NCBI RefSeq assembly: GCF_000315625.1
Contig: NW_005434591.1
Span: 183,895 to 247,894, forward strand
DNA length: 64,000 nt
Direction of reading: 5' to 3'
DNA from: Guillardia theta CCMP2712
Lineage: Eukaryota; Protista; Cryptophyta
A model generated the notes under the pieces. It ran no database searches. It was not told where the DNA came from and was given only the letters and a program-made list of their open reading frames with translations. Below are positions 11,927 to 26,040 of the stretch, piece by piece (the first letter of the stretch is position 1; each line of letters opens with the position of its first letter). The position numbers were made by a program, and so were the translations under genes.

Positions 11927-14900
11927 TCAGCTAGAGGGCTGCTGCGCTTGAGCTGGCTCCTTACCGAAGTAGGCCTTCTTCTGCAGCTCGTCGTACTCCT
12001 CCTTCATGCTCAGGATCTGCTGGACCCAGGCCTGAGCAAGAGAAGCGTCGGCAGCCTGAAAGGCGAAGACTCCCTTCATGGAGTGAATCTGGAGCTTGAA
12101 GCAGTGCTCTCTGCCATACTGCAGGAGGGAGAAGTCAGAGGAGGAGGTGAGAAAGAAATAGGAAGAGGAAGAGGAAGGGGGCAACAAGCAAAGGAGGCGG
12201 GGATGTAAGGAGGAGAGCAACGAATGTTCAGGAGCTCGGAAGGGGAGGGGGACGGAAGGGGAGGGGGGGCCATTCGGTGTTCACCTCCTGCGGCTCCAGC
12301 AGGCTGACTTTGCTGACATCTTGGATCAAGATCGCTCTCTGCAGCTTCGCGGGCCCGCTCCTCGTGTTGCAGATCATGAAGGACATCTTGTTGAGATCTT
12401 CCTTCTTGCGCCCCTGCGCTGCCGACGTCTCCGACGCGTTGATGCTCATCGAAGGTCCTCCCTCCACTGGTGCGGTTGAGCTGCTGTCCCCTGCCTCCTC
12501 CAGCACTGCCTGCTCGAACCCGTCCGCCATCCTCCCATGCAGCCGCTCCACCTTCACCTCCTTCACCGCTGGCTTGTCCACCTCCTCCTCCTTCTTGCTC
12601 ATGACGTCTTCGTCCAGCTGCTGCTCCTCCAGCTCGTCCACGCGGTCAGCCAGCACCTGCATCTGCTTCCCCTTGCAGATCTGAAGTCGGACGAAGCTGC
12701 CAGCTGCTCCGATCATGAGCGCTTCCACGTCCGCCACCGTCATGTGCTGCACGGACATGCCGTCCACCCCGATGATGACGTCACCCACCTCGACCTCTCC
12801 TCCTCGTGCAGCTCCGCTCCCCCTCTCGATCTCAACCACGATCTTGTGGCCTCCCTCCTCCAGGCAGCTCAGCTTGATCCCAGCATCTGCCAGCTTCTCC
12901 ACTCCCTGCTCGACGATGGGCGTGTACAGGGCGATCGTCTGCTGCCGAGCCACACACACGTAGCAGTTCCAGACGGAGGAGGAGCCTCCGAAGCCCTTGA
13001 GTTCGTTGAGAAGCAGCGCCCCCTCGATCCTAACATCCCCGCTCTTCAGGTCCTCGGTTAGCACGGCCTTGGTAGCAGCGTCCAGCACCATCAGCCTGCC
13101 GAGGCTGCCCACCACTTGTACTGCTCCCCTGGTCAGAAACTCTCCTGCAGTGACCGCAGCATAGTGAAGGTTCAGCACAGACTCGCAGGACCGCCGGGCT
13201 GCATCGCCAGCAGCTTGTCCCCATCGAGCATGGCTGGCGAGGACCACAGAGTCCTTGAGCCCCTTGTCGAGCAGGATGTGAGCAGCATCTGGTTGAAGGT
13301 CAGACGGGGGAGAGGGAGGATGAGGAGAATCTCGATGATGAGGGCAAGGGTGAACAAGATCATCAAGGATGATAATGATGACGACGACTACGGTTATGAT
13401 GATGATGATGATGAGGAGGAGGAGGAGGAGGAGGAGGAGGAGGAGGAGGAGGAGGGGGGGGGGGGGGGAAGAAANNNNNNNNNNNNNNNNNNNNNNNNNN
13501 NNNNNNNNNNNNNNNNNNNNNNNNNNNNNNNNNNNNNNNNNNNNNNNNNNNNNNNNNNNNNNNNNNNNNNNNNNNNNNNNNNNNNNNNNNNNNNNNNNNN
13601 NNNNNNNNNNNNNNNNNNNNNNNNNNNNNNNNNNNNNNNNNNNNNNNNNNNNNNNNNNNNNNNNNNNNNNNNNNNNNNNNNNNNNNNNNNNNNNNNNNNN
13701 NNNNNNNNNNNNNNNNNNNNNNNNNNNNNNNNNNNNNNNNNNNNNNNNNNNNNNNNNNNNNNNNNNNNNNNNNNNNNNNNNNNNNNNNNNNNNNNNNNNN
13801 NNNNNNNNNNNNNNNNNNNNNNNNNNNNNNNNNNNNNNNNNNNNNNNNNNNNNNNNNNNNNNNNNNNNNNNNNNNNNNNNNNNNNNNNNNNNNNNNNNNN
13901 NNNNNNNNNNNNNNNNNNNNNNNNNNNNNNNNNNNNNNNNNNNNNNNNNNNNNNNNNNNNNNNNNNNNNNNNNNNNNNNNNNNNNNNNNNNNNNNNNNNN
14001 NNNNNNNNNNNNNNNNNNNNNNNNNNNNNNNNNNNNNNNNNNNNNNNNNNNNNNNNNNNNNNNNNNNNNNNNNNNNNNNNNNNNNNNNNNNNNNNNNNNN
14101 NNNNNNNNNNNNNNNNNNNNNNNNNNNNNNNNNNNNNNNNNNNNNNNNNNNNNNNNNNNNNNNNNNNNNNNNNNNNNNNNNNNGGAGAAGAAGGAGGAAG
14201 AGAACGAGAAGGACTAGGACAAGGATGAGAACAGGAAGCAGGGGGAGGGGGGATGGACAAAGACGAGAGGAAGAGGAGGAGGAGGACAGAGTGATTGAAC
14301 CAACGGCTCCAACTGACATTCACAGTCTCTCCTCACCTTTCAGACCGTAGCCAACTGAGAAGACAGCGCTGACTGTGCTTTTGGCAACATCCTTGGCTGC
14401 CCGGGCCCGGGGGCCCATCGGCTGCTTTTCCCACTTCTTGTAAGTCTCAGTCTGGACGACCTTCTCGGCACCCCACGAGACTCCCTTTGCTGGGATGAGT
14501 GTTGTCAGAAACTTGTGGAAAGAACGGAGAAAGTAGAGAGGAAGAGGAGAGGAGAGAGGGAAGAACAGAAGGTCACAAGAGGCTGGAGAGAGAGGGGGGA
14601 AGCCTGGAAGAAGGGGGGGCGGATGCGGGGAGGAGGGAATCAAAATGGAAGGAGAGAGGGGAGGGATGGGAATCAAAACAGGAAGGAGATGGTGGCAGGG
14701 AGGGAGCAAGGGAGGAAAGGAGCTCAGTAGCCGGACAGAGGAACTCAACTATCGTAAACAACAAGGGCGGCAAGGGAGACGAGGAAGAAGTTCAGCCATC
14801 AAAAGTCCTGCCCCTTCCCTTCTCCCCCTCCCTCCCTCTCCATTCCCTTGATCTCATACCTGCTATGTTTGCAAGGCCCCCGATGATATCACAGGAGATG

Positions 14901-16558
14901 TCGACGAGCTTCTCTGTCCCTTGCTGCGCGTACGTTAGAGCCTTCTGGACCCCCGGGGACACTTTGGCCTCCTCCGCCGCTGGCCCGATCCACTTGCTGA
15001 ACGCGTCCGTTCCTGCGGGTAGTGAGCACAGAGCGAGCATCTCCTCCTCCTGCCAACCTTTCACCATCTGCCCAGCTACCCAAGTGGACCCAGTCCGCAA
15101 ACCACTCGCTAGCTGGTGCCCTCCAGCCTCTATGCGGACTCCGTAGTAGCTCTTGCCCTCCTCGTCCTGCTCGGAAAGATCAGGAGGAGCTGGCACGAGA
15201 CGCCAACGCCAACCACACGCAGGGGCCCTGTCTTCTCCGGCACCGAGGACTCCGCGTAGTTGACAATCAGGCCAGGATACTCCTCGCTCCTCCCCTCCAC
15301 TGCCAGCTCGTCCGTCTGCAGGGCAGCCTCCACCTCCTGGCCATCGACCTCAACACGATAGTCACACATCCGCTGCAGCTGCTCCTCGAGGCTCTCAATG
15401 AATCTGCTCCTCTTGCTCATCGGAGTTGGAAACGTGATGGAACAGACTCGCTCCTCGTCCTCCGAGTCTCGGACTCCTGCCAGCATGCCATCAGGTCCGA
15501 CCAGCAACCTGGCAACTTTCACGTACCCTCGAGGAGGAACGTCAGGGGAAATATCCGTCGAACTCTAGCGACGAAGTATCCTCCGGAAAAGTTCTCATCG
15601 GTGACCGAGGAAAGATCGGCTCCTGTAGCAAGTTCTGCTCAATCTACAGGATACAAGACACTGGCACGGACCGTACGCCTCCATCAGCATAGAGTTCAGG
15701 ACTCCCTCGTTCCCCAACCCGAACTCCACCGAGAGTTTTTCCACGTTGCCGAGTTTCTCGGGGCAGAACCTGGTCAGGAAGGAGAGAAGCTAATGAGCAG
15801 GAGCTTCATGTATCCAACATCTTGTTACCTGTTGTAGAAGCGAAACAATCTCTCCGACAGGGTTGCTCCCCACGGCCCGTACAGGCGACAACTCCACTCC
15901 CCCACCTCTACGGTTCCCTCCTTCCTCCCTGCTGCCCTGTCAGAGCAGAACCTTCCTCAAGGAACAGGTGGCATCACCAGACAAGTGGAGCTGGAATGCT
16001 CCCTCCGAGACCACTGAGAACCTTCGACTGCCGTCCTCCTCCTTCTGCTCCTGGGCCACCACCCGCAGTGGGATCAGGCACATCCATTCGTCTCTGCCAA
16101 GGAACTTGAGCGGCGCAGCTGCATCCTTCAAGCCCGTCGACGCCTGCTGCCCTGTCGGCTTGCTCGATCCGTGAGTAGATGCGCTCAACAGGCCAGGAAA
16201 CGCATTGCGAGCCCCCCCTGGCAAGAACCTCCAGATTCCCGAAGGCGTCTGAGGCCCATCAGACGGGCTTGCCCCCTGCTGATGCTGTCAGGATAGAAAT
16301 TCGGTTACCATGAGAGCAGAGAATCGAATCTACCTGCTGCCCTTGTCTTCCCTGGGGGACTTTGTTCCAGACGCCTGACGCGTCCTCTGCAGTTCGACTG
16401 ACGATCACACAGTCGTCCTCAGCCTGTTCTTTCCCCTCCCTTGCTCCCTCCTCATTCTTCATCGCCTCCTCTTCCCTCGCACAATCGTCATCCTCCCTCC
16501 CTCCTCCTCCCTCCCTCCCTCCCTCCTCCTTCCCCTCCTGCCCGGCTGCCCCCTCCAT
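11927..16558 (-). CDS. Senescence/Spartin-domain protein with C-terminal split-PH/PDZ module, multi-exon, spans an N gap
   Basis: Senescence-domain helices: IEAGGHQLASGLRTGSTWVAGQMVKG, SHARWGQAAGDAA. PDZ: AGIKL...GSGAARGGEVEVGDVIIGVDG. PH C-terminal half: HCFKLQI...FAFQAADASLAQAWVQQI. Confidence 0.65.
13475..14183. other. Assembly gap (N run)
   Basis: Run of n flanked by (GAG)n/(G)n low-complexity sequence. Confidence 1.
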
Positions 16559-16695
16559 TCCGTAGAACAGGAATTCTTTACTCAATTCCTTCGGGTATAG
16601 GACGGTCAGGCTCGCCTCAATTCGCCCACGAACCACTGGCCCAAGGATGTAGCCCAAAGTACTATAAGTTTCTCTCACTTACTTCTAGTAGGGGC

Positions 16696-16954
16696 TAGCC
16701 CAGCTCCTCAGTGTCAAAGTGTGATTGATTTTAATGATCTTGACGTTGTTAGAGCCCAGCTCCTGTCAAAGTTTGATTGATTTTAATGATCTTGACGTTG
16801 TTAGAGCCCAGCTCCTGTCAAAGTTTGATTGATTTTAATGATCTTGACGTTGTTAGCCCAACTCCTGTCAAAGTTTGATTGATTTTAATGATCTTGACGT
16901 TGTTAGCCCAACTCCTGTCAAAGTTTGATTGATTTTAATGATCTTCACGTTGTT
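16696..16954. repeat. Minisatellite, 5 copies of a ~50-52 bp unit
   Basis: The unit (ag)cccaRctcctgtcaaagtttgattgattttaatgatcttgacgttgtt is repeated head-to-tail with no spacers. Confidence 0.95.
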
Positions 16955-17045
16955 GGGAAAATTTCCCCCACTGAACTCTCCGAGTCAGACGCTTGAAGGC
17001 CTCAGTGCGGTACAGCCGTACAATGCGAGGCAGGGCCGCTGCCTT

Positions 17046-19278
17046 CTACTTATCTTTTGCATCGCCATCGTTATCTCCCTCTTCTTTCCCCTCATAGAAG
17101 GAGAAGTAGACCTCATTACCGTCGCTGGCGCCTTCTTCGCTCTCAAGGGCCTTGGAAGAGATCTGATCCCTGATCCGCCTCGCCACGTCATCATTCAGCG
17201 ACTCTTCTCTCTTCGCCTCTCCTGGCTCCTCCTTCAAAGAGATGAAGGAGAGCTCTGACGGGGTAGGAGGTGTCTCCGCCGTCTGCTGCTGCTCTTGGGT
17301 GCGGCTGCTCCTCGTGCTGGGAGACTGGGAGGGGGAGGGGAAGGTGAGGTCCGTTTCATCCAGGTGCCTGGAGCTCTGAATGAAATCCTGATAAATCTCT
17401 TCCTTCGTCACCCTCCTTCCCTCCTTCAACTCGATCGACCTTGTCCCCGCTCCTGGGAGGGCGGAGCGTGTCTGATAGAGCTCCTGCTGCCCCTTGCTGG
17501 GCTCCTGCTCCTTGGCGCCCGCCAAGTCCTCGTCTCCCTCTCGTCTGCCATCCTCCTCCAGCAACGCAGCTGAAGGTTCAAGCACACTCCCGAACTTTCC
17601 CTCCACCTGGAGCTCAGCTGGCTGGGCCCTCAATGCTTCACTCACGTCCTGGTCGTCGTTCCCTGACAAGAAGTCTTCTGCCGTGTCGAGGGTGGTTGGA
17701 TCTTCCGTGGCTATCAACTCTGAGACCTCTTGCGCAGACAATCTTCTTGATGTAGCAAAGTCCTCCTTGCTCGCTGTTTCAAAATCGACGCCTGACGACT
17801 GACCCTCCTCGCTGTCTTTCTCCTTCTGCCTCTCCTGGCTCTCTTTCCTCCCGTTTCGAACAGAAAACTGAACCCCCGACCCCCAACCACGCGCGCCGCC
17901 TCCATTCCAAGTCCTCTTCATCTCCTGCTGCATCTTGTTGTGTAGATTCCGAAAAGCGAAGGGGGAGTCAGACTCGTTTGCCTTGGAAGTCTTTCCTGCT
18001 TTGCTTGAGATGCGAGAGCATTCGTCGAGGAAAGGATCGACGCCTTTGACCCGAGGTTTATGCATGTTCAGAGCTTCAGAGTCGTAGCTGATCTCTGGGT
18101 AGGGGGAGTCCATCTGGATGGAATGATAGATGTCTACTTGACTGGTCTCGTTCACGCTCTCTTGGACGGTTGAGACTACTTCCTTGCTCCTCTCTGCCTG
18201 CTGCTTCTGCTCTGCCTGCGCTTTCAAGATCGCGAGGTCTGGCAGTGAATGTCCATAGCGATTCACCAGCAACTCGTTGAGCTCCCACGGCCTGCTCCCG
18301 AATTCCTCCTGGGGTTCAACATAAGCGCCTCCACCTTGAAATGTCATGGTCACGTTACCACGAGCTTGTCGACGTTCTTCAGTTTCGCAGGGTTGTAGAG
18401 CTTGAAGAAGCTCTCGAGGCTCGTCTTCAAGCTTTTCGCTTCCTCCTCCTCCCTCACCTCAACTCGGGTCGCCTCGACGGTCTCGCGTGCCCCTTGCGCG
18501 ACGGCTCTGGGCTCGGGCTCTGGGTCGGATTCTGTTTCAGCCTCGCACTCAGACGTTCTTGCTGAGCCAGAGGCAGGAGCAGCTCCTTGGGGGGGAACGT
18601 AGATATCCTGCCACCACATCCATGCGCTTCCAGGCATTTCTACTGTCAGCGCCGACTACCATAGGAAAGGCTCACCAGTACGCCACCAGCACGATCGCTA
18701 TGCTGCCTCCTATGACGGAGATGCAAACGAGCAGGGTGAGCTCCTGCAGCAGGGAGTGAACGATCGCCTCCTCATCAGGGCTGTCAGACCGAGCGGGAGA
18801 GGTCGTATGACCTTCTGTCCCCTAGGACGACCTCAGGTCCGCCATGCGCCACACGAGCGAGTCTCTCCATGAGCAGCAGGTGTGTAGATCGATCTCAGTT
18901 GCACAACCACTTGACGATGTTTCTGTTGATGTTGAAATTTCTGAATGACATGAGAGTTTGTCAGAGCTTTGACAACAGTAAATGGTCGAGATTCCTCCTT
19001 ATTGTTCTCACGGCATTGAACGGATTCCCTGTTTTCCCTCTTCCTCTTCCTCTTCCTCTTCCTCTTCCTCTTCCTCTTCCTCTTCCTCTTCCTCTTGCCT
19101 GCCTGCCTGCCTGCCTGCCTCCCTCCCTCCCTCCCCTTCCACCGTAAATCCGCCCCCATTCCAGCATTGCATTGACTTTTTCTTCCCGCCTCTTCTGCCA
19201 TGGAACCGTCCAAACTTTCTACTAATTCACGCATTAGATATGCTTTGCTGCCTTCGATTCTAATTAGCCGCATCATGT
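17046..19278 (-). CDS. Hypothetical single-pass membrane protein with a small helical 'FFKLYNPAKLKNVDKL...LNELLVNRYG' domain and acidic tail, multi-exon
   Basis: TM exon LTLLVCISVIGGSIAIVLVAYW. A ~50-nt intron joins KNVDKLV to EEFGSRPWELNELLVNRYG. The last exon is long and stops at 17046. The start is uncertain. Confidence 0.5.
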
Positions 19279-19586
19279 AGAATGCGCTACCACGAAGCGA
19301 CAGTGAAGACAGGAGAGGAGAGGAGAGGAGGAGAGGAGGAGAGGAGAGGAGGGCAAGGGAGGGAGAGCAGTTCAGAGATGTGCATGATGACGACAACGGA
19401 GGACGAGGAGGAGGAGGTGGATTAGAGGAATGAGGAGGAGGAGGAGAGTTCTTGGAGAATGCGGAGGTTAAGACATCATATCATGGAGATGTGTTTTAAC
19501 AGAGGCACAAGCATGGAAACAGAAGTCAACTCACAGAACCTCGTCTTCTGCCTCTGAGCTGTCTTGCATCCTTGTCCTTCTGATCC

Positions 19587-22500
19587 ATGGCAGCTGTCTT
19601 GAGGAACGCGTTGGAGGTTCTTCTCATATGCTTGTTGCTGCAACTGGTGACAAGTGAAATCTTGATCGGATCCCCCAAGGCAGGACAGATCTTTCGCACG
19701 ATCCCTGTCCTGCTCGAGTATGTGACGTTCAAGATCGACAGGGTCAAGATCTTCCTCGATGGATCTTTCTACCATGAGCTCGGCTCTGACTCCGAACAAG
19801 GGTCGAGAGTTTCGCTGGCCATCTACAAGCTGCCTCCTTTGAGCCTGCAGCCTTTGGCCAACCACACCATCACGATCGAGGGGTTTCATCCGAACCACAA
19901 CACGCCACAAGAGCGGGGCAGCGTACACTTCAGCATGCAGTACAACACGTTGGAGGGGGAGACTACGATCGATCTCCCCGCATCCGCCATGGTGATTGGT
20001 GATCTCCGTCGTTCAAGAGAGTCTCGTGAGGAAGATGCGGATAGCTTGATCTCGGACATGTCAGAGATGGGGATCTTCGTGCATCCTGTCCAGATCGATT
20101 CCCTGCTCACAGCTCACCTTCACGACTCCCTCGCCCTCCATCTTCCTGACATAGTCCTCCTCCTCCCTTCCGTCTATCACCAGTATGCGGGCAACCTGAG
20201 TAGCCTGTTCGAGACGTGCCGGTCCATGTTCATCGTGACAGTCGTCTACCTGCTCGATCTCCGGCACGGGGTCAGGATGCAAGGGTTCAGAGACTTGTTT
20301 GAAGCCGATTATGTGGCGTCCATGGACGGGAGCGGGTGGGTGGAGAAATACCTGAGAAGGTGGAGAAGCAGGTCAAAACATGTATGGCTCGGCGCATCTT
20401 GGTCTGCAGATACTCCTTACTTCGATCAGGATGGCAAGATAGAGAGGGAGAGGAGACAGGGAGCTGTGTTCCTTCACGATGTGCTGATGTATGGGCCCCA
20501 CACTCGTCCTGAGCATGTGCTGTCCAACGATGATCAAATTCATCGAGGACACGGATGGGGTCTGAGGAGGAGGGTGGAAAAGTCGCTTGCTCGGGAGTTC
20601 GGAAGCAGGTTCCACCTGGAGATTTTCCCACTGAGTGCTGAACTGAGATGCGAGCTGATGAAGAAAACCAGGATTCTGATCGTCGTCGGAGGTTGTCTGG
20701 GCATCGACGAGGCGCAACGATGTCCGTCATCGGGGTACTGGGGAGAGGAGGTATACGAGGCGATGAGGTGCGGGGCGTTTGTGGTGCACAACTTCGTTCA
20801 AGGGATGGAGGAGCATTTCGACAACGGAACTCAGCTGATATTCTTTGATGGGGAGGACTTGAGGCATCTGAATATCATGGTGGATCACTATCTCAAGTCT
20901 GAGGAGGAGAGAGAGCAGATTCGAGTGAATGGACAGGAGCATGTTTTGATGTACCACACGCGCAAGGCGAGGTTGAGATTCTTGTTTGATCAAATCTTCC
21001 ATTCTCAACATGGAGGCATTCAAGAAGATGATGAATGTTTTGACAAATCGATGGGGGAGAGTGACTTTTGCAGAAACTTGCGCGATTGTGGGGAATTGCG
21101 TGCCAGTAGAATCAAATCGGTTCGAGTAGGAAGTGGAGGGGAAGGAGGAGAAAAGGGAGGACGAGGACGAGGAGACAGCGAACGCGAGGACTTTATGATA
21201 CATTCCGATTTCATGAAGGAGATGTTGAAACCGCTGCTTCAACCGACCTCTGAGTACGACCTGCTAAACCATTATGTACCTCTTGATGACGTGCTGCAGC
21301 ATGACGGTCGCAAGGGCAACTTGGTCAGGGTCATAGCAAGGAGAGTTTTTGCAGAGGAGGATATCACTATTCCGCCAGCTCTCTGCCTGCATGAAGACGT
21401 CAAGTTGCTCAACGAAGTACATCTCGCTCATCTGCTCTCCCCTCGTCTGCCGACCTCGTCCTACGTGTCGTCGCCCGTGCTAGGGATGCAGCTGCTGGCG
21501 TTCAGCGACATGTATCTTGCTGCGGGAGGAGCAATCTGCAACGAAACGCACATGGTCGACTCCTTCTACCTGAGTGAGGGGAAGATCGCACCCAAGACGC
21601 ATCCCGGTTGCTCGGTCTCTCCTCAAGGGAGCAGGGCCTTGTATGTCGACAGAGCCGTCTACATCCCGACTCGGTGGGGGGCATCCTGGCAGCACTTTAT
21701 CCAAGACACCTCCTCCCGCCTCCTGTTCGCCATGGAGGTGCTACAAGGGTTGGACTACTTCGTCGTTGTGGAGCGGTCATTGTCCCGGAATGCCCTTGCA
21801 GTACTTTCCAGCCTCGTTGGCTACGATGACCTCGGTCGCATCCTGTTCGTGGACACATCTTGCATGTCGGGCCTTTATCTCGACTTGTTCCATCTGAGTG
21901 TGAGCAAGTGCAGGAGTTACATCTGGAGCAAACAGCTGTACGTTGCAACCAACATGCCGAGCCATGCCCACGATCATCAGCCGACCATGCCGATGCTGCG
22001 CCTGCTGCAGAAGAAAGTCTCAGTCTTTGTTGGATCGCTGCATGGAACCATGGCAAGGAGCCGATCAGCGACGTCAACGGAGTGGAGCAGGTACTGGCTG
22101 TGGTGGAGCAACCATTCTTCTGAGCATCCGCTTCCGTTCGACGCTCTCCGTCAACCGCTCTCCCTTCCTTTCTTCATCCTCTCTCGAGGGAATGCCACGA
22201 CCTGCACACAGCCTCCAGTCCCAGATCGCTGCCTCCTGAACGAGCTTGAGGTCTCAAGGGACCTTTCCCTCTTCTACCGTATCCTCAGCCAAAGAATCTC
22301 GTTCACTGACGCCGTCGCCTACACCAACACCAGCTTCTCTGACACCTCCTCGATCCTCCACTCCCTCCAACTCCCCCTCCTGTTCCTGGCCCTCTCCATC
22401 CAGTCCGCCGAGATCATCGTGGCAGCGCACGGAGGGCAGGACTTCAACATTCTGTTTGCGAGGAGGGGGACTGTATTTGTTGAGATCCTCCCGGGGAAGA

Positions 22501-23075
22501 AGACCGAGGATGGGCCGTACTCGGTCCACTCGTTCGCTGCTGGCCTTGGGTTGAAACACTACCTCCTTCCTGTCCCTGGCGTCGCCCACCGCGCAGCACA
22601 GGCCACCCGTCCCTTCGTTGTGGAGACAATCAAGATTGTCAAGATCTTGAGGGGAGAGAAATTCCTTGCTCCTCCTCCCTCCTCCCCCTCCTCCTCCTCC
22701 TCCTCCTCCTCTCCCAGCTTGTCCTCTCCTCCCCCCGCTTCCGCTCCTCATCCTTTGCCCTCCTCCCCTCCCACCACCTCCCCTCCCCTCTTCTCCTCCC
22801 TCTTGTTAGATTGCAGACACAAAGGAGGGGGGGAAACATCGGAATCGAAGTCCACCGGCTCGACAGACGTCCTGGTCAACTTCCTAGGGATCTTCCTCAA
22901 CCTCTTCACGGAGGACGCGAACTGCTCGTCCTGCTCTTCTACTTTGTACCTCCGCGCCAACGACAGCGAAGTACAAGTGGAGCGAGACTTCCAAGAGCGA
23001 AGAGGAAGCGTCGTTGAGGGAAGCTTTTGGCTCGCCCTGCCGGACGGATGCACGAGGTTAAAACTGGCCATGGAA

Positions 23076-23119
<44 letters not shown>

Positions 23120-23240
23120 AGCTCGCCTGGAGTCGGAGGACGTGTTCGTGATGGTAAGAGGAGCTCTGGTCTCTCATGTAGACCCGAACGTCTGCGCCAT
23201 GGGCGGCATGCAGGACGCAACGCAAGCAGCCGACGAGTAA
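19587..23240 (+). CDS. Secretory-pathway two-domain glycosyltransferase: signal peptide + CgeB-like GT-B domain + GT61 (DUF563) domain; intronless
   Basis: 1217-aa ORF with a hydrophobic N-terminus. YWGEEVYEAMRCGAFVVHNFVQGMEEHFDNG...EREQIRVNGQEHVLMYHT resembles Glyco_trans_1_2. WQHFIQD...AEIIVAAHGGQDFNILFARRGTVFVEI resembles GT61. Confidence 0.75.
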
Positions 23241-23467
23241 CATGAGACGTTCACCTCTCCCTCCCTGCTTCCTTCCCCTCGCTCTCTCCCACCCTCCCTG
23301 CTCCCTTCCACTTCATATCTCCCTCCTTCGCTCCCTCTCCTCTCACTTCCCTCCTCTCTCCCACCTCCGCGGCCTTCCTACCTCTCCGTTCCAGATCTCC
23401 TTCGTCTTAACCTGTCATCGATACCTTGTAGTCTTCTCTTAAGAGATCTTTATATACAACCTGCAGC

Positions 23468-25497
<2,030 letters not shown>

Positions 25498-25940
25498 GCC
25501 AATCAATGCAACGAGCCAAAGAGAAATGCTGAAGCGAACTATTCTGCAAACATATCAGGCGCCATGCCAAGTTCTCTCCACAGTTCCTAAGGATTTGATT
25601 TTGCTGGCACAGATTCGAGAATTTGAATCACCCAAGACTTGTAATCACCAAACAAGTAGCAAGGTACTGCTGCCCTACTTCACACGTTTGCACATATCTA
25701 TCGTGCGATGGAAACCTGACTTCCACATCTCAATCTACATGTTCTCGCTGACTTCGTCCTTCGTTTCTCGCTGCCTCAATTCTCTCCCTCCCTCTTCCTC
25801 CCTTTCTCTCTCCCTTTCTCTCTCCTTCACTCACTTTCCCTCCCTTCCCCTCCCTTCCCCTCCCTCCCTCCCTCTCCCTCTCCCTCTCCCTCTCCCTCCC
25901 TCCCTCCCCCTCCCCCACTCTCCCCCTGCCTCTCTCACCT

Positions 25941-26040
25941 NNNNNNNNNNNNNNNNNNNNNNNNNNNNNNNNNNNNNNNNNNNNNNNNNNNNNNNNNNNN
26001 NNNNNNNNNNNNNNNNNNNNNNNNNNNNNNNNNNNNNNNN
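25941..26040. other. Assembly gap (100 N)
   Basis: Run of n. Confidence 1.

Noticed and set aside
13116-14323. Long ORFs containing X runs (also 34635-35825 and 25427-26250)
   Set aside because: Artefacts of translating through N gaps and flanking microsatellites.
16696-16954. CRISPR array
   Set aside because: Units are contiguous with no unique spacers, there are no cas genes, and the context is eukaryotic.
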